Shown in pieces: positions 25,311 to 38,120 of a stretch of 64,000 bases of DNA. The notes under the pieces were generated by a model. That model was not told where the DNA came from, did not search any database, and was given only the letters and a program-made list of their open reading frames with translations. Position numbers and translations under genes: made by a program. The stretch's first letter is position 1. Every line of letters begins with the position of its first letter. This DNA is from Callorhinchus milii. Its lineage: Eukaryota. The stretch covers positions 19,408,001 to 19,472,000 of the forward strand of contig NW_024704742.1 in NCBI RefSeq assembly GCF_018977255.1, in the 5' to 3' direction.

Positions 25311-26599
25311 GAACACTGCTTCAATGGAAAATATCCTGGAGCAGTTTTTGATTGTGAATGTAGTATCAGGTTTTGAATAAGATATTGGGATCCAATGAGT
25401 ACCAATCACTAAAAACAGTGAGTTGGTTGCTACTGTTTCTAATGAAAGGTTACTATTTTATACCCCACTATTATGCTAGTTTCTAAGAAAAACGTATTAT
25501 CAGGTGAGCAAGTGATTATAACTTTGGTCTCAGTTATTTGAACTTACTAATAACCACAGAATTGTTACCTGCACCAAATTATTGACCATATTATACACCG
25601 GCCACTTGTCNTTTTTTTAAATCTCTGATATTTTTTGTAAAGCATTCTTGAGATTATATTTCTGCCATCTGTAGCAACCTTTCTACCTTATTGGCTTGTA
25701 TTTGGCTCATGGGACATATAACAGATTTCTTTACCCCTGGTATGTATGTCTCTTATGATATATAACTGCCTTGTTTACAGGTCATGATAGCTTGCATTCC
25801 ACTTTCTCCAGACAGCTGTTTCTAGTAATATTCCACATCTGTTGCACACGGCTAACAGGGATTTACTAAGTCTCTAACACCAAACCATAATGCTGAATGC
25901 AATTGTAATATTCCTTCCTCCATAGCTTTACATTTCTTATTCTCAAGTGCAATTGAGGCCAGTACTATTATTTGGACATTACAAACCAAATATTTGCCTT
26001 CATTCATGGGGTTAAAAAGCTTCTCTTATGAGGGTAGACCTATCTGTCAGAAAATCTTGACATTGCCCACATGTCCTTTCTTAAGTGCTTTTCTTTTTTC
26101 AGTATGGGTAATTTTGATCTTAGCTCATTTGCAAATACGTCTGTGTCTTGAACCATGCTTGGATCATCATGACCTGATGCTGGATAAGCCATCCTATTAT
26201 GCTCTGGTATGAGAATGGTTCTGGGAGATGAAGGGTATTCCAAATCTATCCGGTAGAGGGAGATGCTGCTAATGTCCGATTTCTTATACTGAGCCCATAT
26301 TCCCCAGTATGGAATCATAGCAGATACAAGAAGACTTTGATCACTTGCATTGGTGTCATCAACCACTTGTAGTGAATCATTAGGAAAAAAACATGCAATG
26401 CAAACGTAATTGTCTCATCAACATTTACTTACAGATACACAGTCACTACGCTTTACTGCAAATGAAACCTGTGTATCGCTTTGAGATGCTTCGACAAAAT
26501 GATAAGGCTACACTGAGATCTGGATTGGGTGTCCCCTCAAACTTTTTTTTCAATGTAAACAAGCTCAGTTCTGTGAGCCCTTTCTCATAATTAAATTCT

Positions 26600-27030
26600 G
26601 GACTCATAATTATTGCCCAATCCTCTCCAATGATTCATTTTAAAGATGCCTGAAACTGCACTAATGTCAAGCCTATTGAAACCACAGTTTAAACCAGGAG
26701 ACTAAAATATCCCAATATTTCAAATTTGGTCTCACCAGTGATCTATACAAGATTAGAATAAAATATCAAATTATATTCCAAATACCCTGAAAATACAACA
26801 GTAGCATTTGATTAGGTTTGTTAAAAAGCACTTTCTTCATATTAACTTGAAATGTCCAATGAATGACTTTTAATCACACCCAAATTCTTTTTCTTCTCTA
26901 CCTCTGGCCAATTCATTGTGCAGACGACTTCACTGTTTCGTGTTTCAATACTAATTACTTTACATTTATCTAAATTAAATCCATCAGCCATCTCTTGACT
27001 CATTACCTTAATTGGTCCAGACATTTAGGT
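26600..27030 (-). mobile_element. CR1 RT fragment, decayed
   Basis: FNLDKCKVI...EKKKNLGV motif. Confidence 0.6.
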
Positions 27031-28149
27031 GTAAAGTATGTTATTGTTTTAAAAGGGGAAGGTGTAAAGCATGTTATTGTTTTAACAGAAGGTATCAAGA
27101 ATATATTTTGTATTATCTTGACAACAAACTCTCACAAATATATTGCACAATTCCTTTGTAAGTCTTATAATAGCAATCCAGGGCAGATACTGTGCTTTTC
27201 ACAAAAAATATGTATACCGGTATCTTCAATTAATATTGAAATTCTTAGAAGAACACACACACACATACACACACACAAAATGATGTGACTATAATTAGAC
27301 TTGTTATTGTCCGTTTCTGTTGGCAAATAATACATGTTCAAAGGTATCAGTTTTTGCCATAATTGAGAGCTCTGGGCAGGTGACGTTACTGTGAAAACTT
27401 GACCACTTTTGCAAAACTACTGTGGGATGTCAAAGCAAGTTCACAACGTAGGAAAAATTAGATCTGATATAGCATATATATTTCGGTGCAGTTTTCATTT
27501 CTTTCCTCATCTTAGTTTTAATAAGAATGAAGATTGAAGAAATGAAATGGTTAGTTCCAGATAAGATCAGCAATACAACGGCATTTCATAGTTACATTAT
27601 TGAGTCTGCCTTTGTGTATAAACATGGTAAGAATGCTCTTTTAAGTTTGCCGTTGTCTAATTTACAGCACTGAAAGGAAAATCAGCACATCTCTCAACTA
27701 GAAGATAACAGCGCATACCCTTACATCAACTATTTCTATCACCCACCTATGCCAGTGTGCTGCATGTGGAACATTGTAATGTAATGATACCAGTATGGAC
27801 ATTTCCAGAATTTCAGATTCATTTTGATTTTGATGCATTGTTTCTTTTTAAAAAAACGACACAGCAGTACACATACTTCATGATGCTAAATGGTAACATG
27901 TACACATATCACTTGGTGCTACTACAAGTGACAGGCATATTTTATATTCATGCTCAGCCAAAAAACTGACTAGACTCTGTTATCAGATGAGATTCAGAGA
28001 ATCCAAATGTTAGAGTTCTCAGATGCAATATCTGAAAAGATCCAGACACTCATATCTAGTATTCCATTATCTCTTGCATATTCCTAGGAAAATATGGATG
28101 TACTGAGCTGGAGAAGCCCATCTTCAATTAGAAAGGATCTTTTTAGTCC

Positions 28150-28460
28150 CTTCCGATCTCAAGGCGCTGCACAGTAATTAGTGTCAAGTGGAGTTACTGA
28201 AGGCAAATGCACCAAACATTTTCACCAACCATGTCCCACAAAGAGTCATGAGGCGATCGGCAAATTAGTCTGGAGGATTGTTGGCTGGGATACAGCGAGA
28301 AACTCCACAGAAGTGCAATTGGATGTTCAAAATCCACCTGAATAGGCAAATGGAATCGCGTGGTTTAGTATCAAATCTGAATGAGAACCAGCTCTAAGAA
28401 TGCTCACTCCTGCCCTACTGCACTGGAGAGTTCAAATCTGTTCAGGCTCAGATTGAGCCA
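28150..28460 (-). mobile_element. Deu-domain SINE, very degraded
   Basis: ATGTCCCACAAA and ATCCACCTGAATAGGCAAA reverse motifs. Confidence 0.5.
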
Positions 28461-28877
28461 AGTCAATCCTCTTTGCTGACACAACTCTGTATCTAGCAAC
28501 TCACATGATAATTCATGAGTTCTTTCTACATATTTACGTCTCTCTGTGTAAAGTAATTAATCAAAATTATTTGTTAGTCTTTCCTCTTCTGAGTTTGAGC
28601 CTCTTCTCCCTTGCAGAGTTTGTAGTCTTGTTAAAAATATTAAAGTATTAGGGTTCATTTTACTTATACTCTTAAGGATCTCCAATCCATTCAGGATATT
28701 TAAAGAATGTAAAATATTTTCCCAGTGTAGATACAGTATAAACAATCATCAATAATGCAAATAAATATTATAAATCCCCCAAATGTTTGAGAGTGTGCTG
28801 CATGCGGTACATTTCTAAACTCTACTGCATCTTCACACTTCCGGTTTGACAATCCATCTTTGAAGCATCAGTAAATT

Positions 28878-29207
28878 TACTACTACTAATAATAATAATC
28901 CTTGCATTTGATATAGCGCTTTTCACGTTGGGAGGACGTCCCAAAGCGCTTCACAGAATACACTGAAAAGTGAATTGACTGTATATTTGTGGGCAAACGC
29001 GGCAGCTAATTGCGCACAGCAATGTCCCACAAACAGTCGTAGATTGAAAATGACCAATTTATTATTGTTTTTAGTTTTGGAGGGATTATTATTAGGCTCT
29101 GTGTGGAGTAAGGAAACTTGTCCAAGGTTTCGCCCTCTACCTGGAATTGAACTCAGGTCTCTCACTTGCAAAGCGAGTGCTCTAACCACTGAGCCACAGG
29201 ACTCCAC
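28878..29207 (-). mobile_element. tRNA-Ala-derived SINE, full length, young short variant (SINE2-1_CM-like)
   Basis: Pol III A box GGCTCAGTGG, B box GAGTTCAATTC, anticodon arm CTCGC-TTTGCAA-GTGAG, L2-like 3' end, (ATT)n. Confidence 0.95.
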
Positions 29208-30709
29208 GTATTAACCTTAGTGGGCAAGTGTGTCTGACTCTCCACTCATAAAGGCTAAATTTTGGTGACGAATAAAGACTTTGGTGATGCACGTTTACAT
29301 TGACATTCACGCAGTATAAGCATGCACTGTCACATTGCTAAACATATGAATGATGGGATAGTCACCTTCTTTATGTTTTCAGAGATTGAGAAACAAGTCC
29401 CTTTGCTGCCAACAGTTGCCATCCATCACACTGATGGGAATACGTGGTTTTCATTTAAAAGACTCGGTCCCCAAAGTTGCAGCAATGTGTAATCAGTCAC
29501 ACTATTCAAGAGAATGTTTTGAACGTCTAAACAACTCATGCAGAATAAAACCATCAAACAAAGGTTCCAAGTCAAGCAGAAGCGATAAGAAGGTGAAGGA
29601 CTTGCTTCAAATTCAATTAACCTCAGAGATATTACAAATTGTAAATATTTTAGATTTTCACATTGGATTTTTTCCATTTAATTCCCTTTGCCTTCTCTCA
29701 TGCTGTGCCTTTCTTAGGATTTTTACTTCTTGGGCAGGTCTTATCAGCCACACATAGGACTGGTACTGATTTAACGTCCTGAAAGCAGCAAACTGGACTT
29801 GTTTCACTGTTGGGAGAAAAATTGCTTAAGGAACCAAAACATTGCAGAATTCGGGGAGAGGAGCTAATTTCTAGTGGCCACATAAAGAGCTGAATGGAGT
29901 TTTGAATTCTAACAATAATTTGTATCTTCATTATATTCTTCTTTTTAAAATTGTTGTTTATAACAGACCTTAAGCTAGAAGGTCTGTCTGTAGAGATTTG
30001 GGAGGGGGGAATTAGGCCAAAGTTTATTGGATGTTGGATGTGGAGTTCATTGAACTTCATAGTTGATTGAAATATATTAATATTTTAATACTTGATGACT
30101 TATTATCTTGTGGCTTGCCTGGTGGGTCCGGATGGTGTTGTGTGTTCTGAGCAGGACTTGAGAGAACAATTTCCAATGTGTCTCTGAGTAATATTGATCT
30201 TTGATACCTGACTTAATAAGTCTGTTGGACTGTAAAAACATAGTATACAATCATCCTAGTATTCTATAGCAGTAGTAGTCTATGTATTTTATCCTCTGGT
30301 AGGTTAGGTAGTCAATGCCTATACATTATATTTTAATCATAATAATCCTTGTACTAGATATAGTATCTTTCATGTCAGGAGAAGGTCTCAAAGGCTGACA
30401 TAGGATTTACTCTCAAGTGCAGTAACTGTGTATTTTGTCGTGCATTTTGAATTTTTTATATTGAAGCTGAATATTTGTACTTATTATAGGATTGGACTAT
30501 TTTCATACTTTTTCACCCACCCATTGTAAGTATTAAGTATTCTGGGATCAAATTTAGCTTGGCTTCAATACAGCGCGTCTCAGTCGAGACATCTCAAAGC
30601 ATTTCATAGCGCGTATTGTAAAGTGAATTGAGTGTATTTTGTGGGCGAAATACAGTACCAAAATAGAGCAATGGAATATTAAAAGCGAGTCGATCTTCTG
30701 TAACTGTCT

Positions 30710-31195
30710 CAGTATTCCAGTTGCTGAGTCAGGTAAATCTGCAACACCAGCCAGTTTGGCTTTTTAGCAGGAATTCAAAGAACAAAACAATCACTGGGGG
30801 CAGGAATTCTTCCCACTTTCCTCTTAATAACCATGCAAGCCAAGGCACTAACTGGTAGGATGATCCTAACTTGGCAAGCAGCGGAACGTTTACCAGTGTT
30901 TGCATGGTTTCAGCTAGTTGAGAATAATACATACTCTGAGATCCTGAAACCTTGGCTCTTGGCAATCTGCACCTAATCTCTTTGGGGTTAGAAAAGGAGT
31001 GTGCTCTCCTGTGGGAAGAGAGTGCACACTCCATACCAGAAACGTGGAAGTTTCAATACATATGTCATTTATTTTATTTTATGTGTATTCAATATATATA
31101 TATATATTTAGTTTGGTTCGGTTAATCTTAAGTATTGTGATGGGTTTCTACATGTGTCAGAGACACAACTGACCAAAACAAAACTCATAGAAGTT
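30710..31195. repeat. Unclassified ancient interspersed repeat, copy 1
   Basis: Colinear similarity to 46685-47380 and 58886-59880 (e.g. CCTTGGCTCTTG..AA..TGCACCTAAT; GTGATGGGTTTCT.CATGTGTCA). Confidence 0.65.
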
Positions 31196-31334
31196 ACTCA
31201 TACAACTTTAGATGTTCAAATAGAAGTTAATGTTTTCAGTACACTTCAGATTACTCTAATACATCAGGTAGGTGTTCTTCAATTAGGCACGATATTGAGG
31301 CTGCAGCACATAACAGAATAAGTTTGTTCCTTGC

Positions 31335-31660
31335 ATGCTTTGTCCTCGAAAGGAAGAAATGGTACATACCCAACTGAAGGTTATGCTTCAAGAGGAAGTT
31401 TTAGAACCCTTCAGGTCATCCTGGCCTTCACAGATTGAGTTAGTTCCAAAAAGTGAAATGCTAGATTTTATGTTGATTGTGCACAGCCCAATGTTAAAAC
31501 TGTGGAAGATGCTTATCCATTAACCACTGAATAGGAAATTCATGATTCTGCTAATGGAGCTCATTGCTAAACATCATTGGAAGTTAATCAAGACTATTAA
31601 ACAAGAAGATATGGATTCAGCAAGCAAAGTACTGCCTTTGTACATCATGGATCAATTAAA
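31335..31660 (+). mobile_element. Ty3/Gypsy reverse transcriptase remnant
   Basis: QLKVMLQEEVLEPFRSSWPSQIELVPK then, frameshifted, VEDAYPL..EIHDS and TAFV; typical Gypsy RT N-terminal motifs. Confidence 0.7.
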
Positions 31661-32769
31661 AGCCATGTAATCTAGACTGAAATTGTTCAAAGGTAAATAG
31701 AAATAACCATCTTAAACAAAAAAAGTTATTCTACTTACTGAGATATTTCTCAACCGCTCTTGAGTTTTGTNAAAAAAAAACTTTTTGTCCTCCAGAAGAT
31801 ATGCAGATGCTCAAGCTAGAGTTGAAGGTATTTTTAAGCTTCTGTATATAAAAAATGTGCTTTCTGAAGATGATCAAAAGGTATCTTAGATTTGTGTTGT
31901 TATTTTATAACTTACTTACAGTAGTACATTTATGAGTATGTTGAAGAATGTGGGCATGACTTACAAGTAAGAGTTTGACAAAAATATACCTTTACTACAC
32001 TTTACAGTCTATCCTGTGAAGTACTTTGAGATATCCTTTTGACATGAAGGGTCCTTTACAAAATGTAGGGATTCTTATTATTATTGTTGGTATTACTTGA
32101 GGATGAATATTGTTTTGAGCTCCTGAAAAGGAATATGAACCCTGAGATATCGAAATATTCTGATTCCAACCACTGTTCGTCCATTCAAACTAACATATGA
32201 TTTGTTTTTGAATAATAAGTCATCCTCTTTATGAGCCTCTTCTTATAAATCCAATAAATCCAAAGGATCTTAAACATTAATTTTTCTTGATGAATTGTTC
32301 TAAAAATTTTAAAATTTCCAAAGTCGCATAGACTATTACTATATACAATACCACAGGCTTGAGTTACCCTTCATTACTTTACCCAAGTGACCATTATTAA
32401 TGTGTGAGCTTTGACACTGGCAGGTATTTTTGACAAACTTGATCTTGACCCTCTCTCAAAGTTAAGCCTCCTGTTCTAACAGATGACACTGAGCTGATTT
32501 TCTCCTCTAGAAAGCAAAGCCATTGAGGCCAACGTTGCCTTTGCCAAGATCAGCTAACTCACCAGAGGCTGAATTTGAACCAATGTCCTTCTGATTTACA
32601 TGTCTGAATGTTGCAGTGGCCATTGCTTTAACCAGTAAGCCACTGAAGGAGATTTCACCAGCGTTCTGAACTTTAGCGAACATTTAATTTCTATTACTGG
32701 AGCTAATAATTGTTTTTTGTATAGTTTGTATAATTTGGGCTTTCCTATGAACCTGCATAAGTAGTAAAC

Positions 32770-32975
32770 TTATGGAACAGGCTCCATAGGAGGATAGTGG
32801 AAGCAGAAAGTGTCACTTGTTTCAAGAACAAATTAGATAGATTTCTGTTAGAAATAATATCTCAGGATACAGGATACAGCATATAGTTTAGGACATAACA
32901 AGCAACCGCCAGGACGGCAGAAGGCGAACGAGATGGACCTTGGTCTTCTTTCGTCTAGCAAATTCTTATGATCTT
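32770..32975 (+). mobile_element. CR1 3' tail
   Basis: TGGAACAGGCTCC..GTGGAAGCAGAAAG..TTCAAGAACAAATTAGATAGATTT; TTCTTATGATCTT end. Confidence 0.7.
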
Positions 32976-33547
32976 GTGCATTGTTTTACTCATTCAACTA
33001 CATTTTAATGGTTAATAATAAGTTATGGGTTTAAATCACGGTCTGACCCTTGAATTGTAAGAACATCTCTCTTGCAAGGGCCTTCTAAATTGCATGGAAA
33101 ATTATAAATCTGCTCCAACCTAAAGTGCCTTCAGCTCTTTAATCTACAGGCAATACATTATTAATAGTCCCTAGGAAGGAAGGTCAACAATAACTGTTCC
33201 TTGAATGTCTGCCAAAATATGGATGGACTGGCTTGCCCCCACCCCCAAGATTTAGCTATGTTCATGATCAAAGTATCACTTAGTAGATTAAGGACCAAAA
33301 TGTATTCACTTGGTAATGTAAGAATATGGAAGATATCCTCTTATTTAAAGGCCAAGTTCTCATTCAAACTGATCTGCAGATTTATAAGATACGGCATGTC
33401 AGTGAAGGTGCTTTAGTAGTACAGTTTTGTGAATTTAGAAGACGTCTTTGTTTAAAAACTATGAGATTTAAATTGCGCTTGATTTTTTTGAAGCTATCAT
33501 TTTACTGAGATTCGTAGAAATACTGAATTGTGTCCATTGTAAAGTTC

Positions 33548-33905
33548 TCAGTGGGTTCAGTTGGTCGCAGTCTTGCCTCCAGTTCAGAAAGTTGTGGGTT
33601 CAAACCCAAATGGAGATGTGAGATAAAAGAATAGGCTAATACTTTAGTGCAGTGTTGGGGGACAGCCACACTGTTGCAGACTCTCACCAATAGATGCGAC
33701 GTTAAAACAATGCCATGTTAACCTATCATGCGAATGTTGACAAACCCATGGCACAACTCTATAGTGATTACAGTATCTGAGAGGAGAAGGGAGGGTCTTT
33801 GAGTGTCCTGGCCAGCAATCTTTAAGTTTAATTGATCTTTCTTGTCATGGCTTTATTTGTGGGACTTTACTGCGCACAAAATGGCAACACATTTTACCTG
33901 CCTAC
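33548..33905 (+). mobile_element. Deu-domain SINE, degraded
   Basis: Head TCAGAAAGTTGTGGGTTCAAAC; CCCATGGCAC; GTGTCCTGGCCA. Confidence 0.65.
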
Positions 33906-33909
33906 AAAA

Positions 33910-34398
33910 AATAATAATAATCCTTGCATTTGATATAGCGCTTTTCACGTCTTCTAGACATCTCAAAGCACTTCACGGAATATACTGTAAATAATAATAA
34001 TAATCCTTGCATTTGGAATAGCCTTTTCACGTCTTCTAGATGTCTCAAAGAGATTCATAGAATAGTGAATTGACTGTATATTTGTGGGCGAAACACAGCA
34101 GCCAATTGCGCACAGCAGTGTCCCATAAACAGTCGTGGATTGACAGTAGGAAAGAAAGTTTATATTTGTCTAATGCTTCACAGCATTCTTTTTCATCTGC
34201 TCTCCAGACACTGGAATCACCTTTTTCTATTTTCTTTGACAGACATTTTTAAAAAAATATTTTTTGTAATGTAATTTTTTAAAATAGTAATAATAAATAA
34301 TAATCCTTGCATTTGATATAGCACCTTATCATGTTTTCGGACATCTCAAAGTGCTTCACAGAGTATAGTATAAAGTGAATTGACTTGTGGGTGAATGC
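33910..34398 (-). mobile_element. Three tandem SINE 3' tails
   Basis: AATAATAATCCTTGCATTTG recurs near 33915, 33996 and 34297. Confidence 0.85.
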
Positions 34399-35489
34399 TG
34401 TGAAGCACTAGACAAATATAAACTTTCTTTCCTAACTTCTGTTGATTGTCTAACAATCGCCCTTCATTACATTGCAAAGTCCCCTACACTATAATTCCAC
34501 TTTTTACTACCTCAACTGACACCGTGTCAGAGAAAAAAGATTTGTGGTTTCTTCTCATCCTATTACTCAGCACTTTAATACTGTGACTTCCTGCCTGTCA
34601 GCCTTTTATCTTGAACTAACTGCTTTTCCTGAGCCATTCTGTGTCCAGATGCTAATCTGCGGTCAGTAGTCAGTGTACATCTAATTCATGCAGTCCCTTC
34701 AACAACATAGCAACTCTCCAATTCATCTGTTCCATGTACGAACCAAACTACATTTCCGTTGGCCAAAGGACTTTGCATCGAGCTACTAGCATTCTCTTGG
34801 AGCAAAATTTGCAATGGTTTCTGGCAGCTTTCTTGGAAGCCACTTCAGTTGCTTTAGCTAGAACTGGCATTGGCACTCATTCTTATCGACTTCGTCCTCC
34901 AAATCTCTACAACACTATACACTATCAATTTGGAGAGGCGTGAGCTCCCACTTTTTTCATTGCAAACCTTATCTTGTTGGAGAAGCCATTGATGAAATAT
35001 ACTGCACTGAACCAGATGTGACAGCTGCACCTAATTCAGGGCTATTGGAGCCTCAAAGTTTCCTGCAGCTGTAGCCTCACTATCACTGGTATTGATGCTT
35101 CATTAGCTATCTGAATCTTCCAAAAAAATAGAAGTGTTAAAAGATTTTCAAGCCTGCAGATACTCAACATTTCTTAAGGTTTTATTGTTATAACACTACG
35201 AGATACAATGTCTGGTGTTTGTGCAGCCATCCTTGTGTTAATTAACCTTTAATAATGGAGCGCTCCTCTCCAGACACTGGAATCACCTTTTTCTATCTTT
35301 TTTGACAGCCATTTTTAAAAAAATAATTTTTGTAATGTAATTTTTTAATTTCTTTGCAGTGGTGTCTGTTTTTGGGGGTTTTTTTTGGACTTGATCTGAA
35401 GAAGACGGGAGGAATCCCACTGTCCACGGCCCAGAAATAACTTTCAAGTGATCCTGAGGGATCAGCTTCCCTCAATAATAGATACAATT

Positions 35490-36050
35490 CTAGTCACTGT
35501 GCAGAGAGCAACAAGGATGATCCCCAGTGTTAGAGGAATGAGCTATAAGTGATGATTACACAAGCCAGTACTCTCATTCTTGAGAGAAGAGAACTTGGAG
35601 GGGATCTCATAGTGGTGTACAAAATTTTAAATGGGATTGAAAAAGTAAACCTAGGTTAATACTCCAAGCAACAAGACAGTAGAACAAGATGTTTAGAGTT
35701 GTAAAGGGCAATTTCAGGGCAGATACCAGGAGGTTTTTCTTTACACAGAGGGTAACCTGCCGCGTTCGCCCACAAATATACAGTCAATTCACTTTACAGT
35801 GTGTTCTGTGAAGCGCTTTGGGACGTCCTCCCGACGTGAAAAGCGCTATATTAAATGCAAGGATTATTATTATTATTATATAACCAATGACTTGAAGAGG
35901 ATGGAAGGAAAGGTTGTAGAGGCCAGGACACTTGACTCATTTAAAAAGCATTGGTCCTGGGAGGGACAGTAGGATGGGTATTCTGAAGGGATAAGATCAG
36001 ATGAGCTAAAGAGCCTTCTTCGTCCAAACCAATCTTGTAATTTTGTATGA
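35490..36050 (+). mobile_element. CR1 3' fragment interrupted by a young SINE 3' end (35756-35878)
   Basis: GGGGATCTCATAGTGGTGTACAAAATT (GDLIVVYKI); TTCTTTACACAGAGGGTA (FFTQRV); SINE tail; CR1 resumes. Confidence 0.8.
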
Positions 36051-37221
36051 AGAAGCCACAGGGGGGAAATCATCATTTGACTGCAAACATAACCTGTCCC
36101 AAATGCTTCACTCAGAATCATATCTTCCAAGTGTTTATCAGGAATTATCCACATTTATTGTTTAAATTAATTTTTTTGTAAACAAAACAGACATGTCATT
36201 TATTCCAAAAGAAAATAATATTAACCCATCTCTGGACATCCAATAATCCACATCACCCCCCACCCACCCTCAGCTCGGGATCTGCTCCGCCACTGTAAAG
36301 CACACCTTATTCTGTGTGAAGGGAACTATATACAGTAAATGCAATTTGCTGTTGGAGTCTAACATGTGGCAAAGGATTCTAGAGAGATTTTATTTTATAA
36401 GGAATCTTCTTTAGAAGGGCTCCCAATAACTAAAAAGAAGTCACGCCAACCCATGAAAGTCTGCTCCAAAATTAGATTATGTTAGAACAGAGTTCCGAAA
36501 TCTGTTGGCATTATGTGCTTCTGAAATTGTTAGAAATTGTGCATATTTGACCTCACTGTTGAGTTCATTTACTTAATGTTTTGTACCATATTATCCCAAA
36601 TTTATTATACTGTATCAATCTCTCTGAATATTAGAAAATAATAGAAGTTATTTTACTTTGGTGCCCGTCTCCTGTCTGTTCTTGATTTGTAACAGGTTAC
36701 CTTCTTCAATAAATTCAGTAAAGTAACTTCAAGTAATTAAATCCATGGACATTAATCTTTCAATTTCTCTTTTAAACAGTACTTTTCAGATATGAGAATC
36801 TTGTACCAATTAAGGTAAGGCAGAGACCAACTTTAAATCTTTATTCGCATTTTATGTGTTGTGCACTTTTGCATATTTCAAAGATATTCATTTATAGCAC
36901 ACCCTGAGATTCAGGTAAAAGTCAGCATGTTCACTCCAGTGTAGACAGGATCTCAGTTTAATATCTCAACTCAAGGTTTGTAAAACTCTGTGGATAGTAG
37001 GAAAAAGGGAAGACAAGAGGTAAGGAGCTCTATACGTTTGAGGTTCTAAGAAAGAATGAATTGGAACAGGAGACAACACAGTGAGCTTTTATCTTAACAC
37101 TGTCAAAATGCAGTGAACGCGAAGAAGGTTTAGAATGTCACATGATAATTTCTATTGAAATATGTTTAAAATACAAGAGAAATGTAGATGGAATTATCAT
37201 AACTATGTATCACATGCTTTA

Positions 37222-37635
37222 TAGTCAGCCTGACTCAGTTAGTAGCGCTCTTACCTCTGAATGAGAAGCTTGCAGGTTCAAGACCTACTTTGGGACTTTG
37301 AACTCACATAATCTAAGCTGATACTCCAAAACAGTGTTGGGAATGTATTCCATTCTTGGAGTTCCATCCCTCAGATGAGGCATTAAACCACAGTCTTGTT
37401 CACCCATTCAAGTGGATGTTAAAGTTCTCATGGTACTATTTCTGGTATCCTAGCCATCGATCCCCCAGTAAAAAAAAGGCCATTCATCTCAGGGCTGTGT
37501 TTGCTGTGTTTAAATTGACTGTAGTGTTCGCCTAAAAAATACACAGTCACTACACTATCACAGCAAATTCTGTGAAGCGCTTCAAGATGTCCTCGTAACA
37601 TTCAGGGAGCTGTATCCACTGCAAGGTTTATGACC
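37222..37635 (+). mobile_element. Deu-domain SINE, near full length
   Basis: GTCAGCCTGACTCAGTTAGTAGCGCTCT head; CAGATGAGGCATTAAACC; shared tail. Confidence 0.8.
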
Positions 37636-37815
37636 TTTATTGGAAGCAACCAAAAGGAGAATTTTCTCTCTATCTGGTTATTATTATTGTTATTATTAAT
37701 GGTCAATAATCATGTGTGCTCCAAGACGTTAGCCCGTGTGAAGGATGCTTTATAAATGCAAGTTTTTGTGGTGATATTACGAGTGGGATCGTGGGCCAGG
37801 TGACACTTTCCAGCA

Positions 37816-38120
37816 AGTCCTGTAGCTCAGTGGTTAGAGCACTCACTTTGCAAGCGAGACACCTGGGTTCAATTCCAGGCAGGACAAAACCTTGGAAGTT
37901 TCCTTACTCCACACGCCTGATAATAATCCCTCCAAAAACAAAACAATAAATTGGTCATTTTCAATCCACCACTGTTTGTGGGACACTGCTATGTGCAATT
38001 GGCTGCCATGTTTCGCCCACAAATATACAGTCAATTCACTTCACAGCATATTCTGTGAAACGCTTTGAGACGTCAAGGAGACGTGAAAAGCACTATATCA
38101 ACTGTAAGGATTATTATTAA
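37816..38120 (+). mobile_element. tRNA-Ala SINE, short variant
   Basis: AGTCCTGTAGCTCAGTGGTTAGAGCAC head through GGATTATTATT tail. Confidence 0.92.

Noticed and set aside
27027..27092. 33-bp tandem duplication
   Set aside because: Simple slippage duplication at a CR1 fragment edge
29386..29757. 123-aa ORF after an acceptor-like site
   Set aside because: No recognisable homology and only a weak donor
25611..31771. Single N bases at 25611 and 31771
   Set aside because: Assembly ambiguity beside homopolymers, not biology
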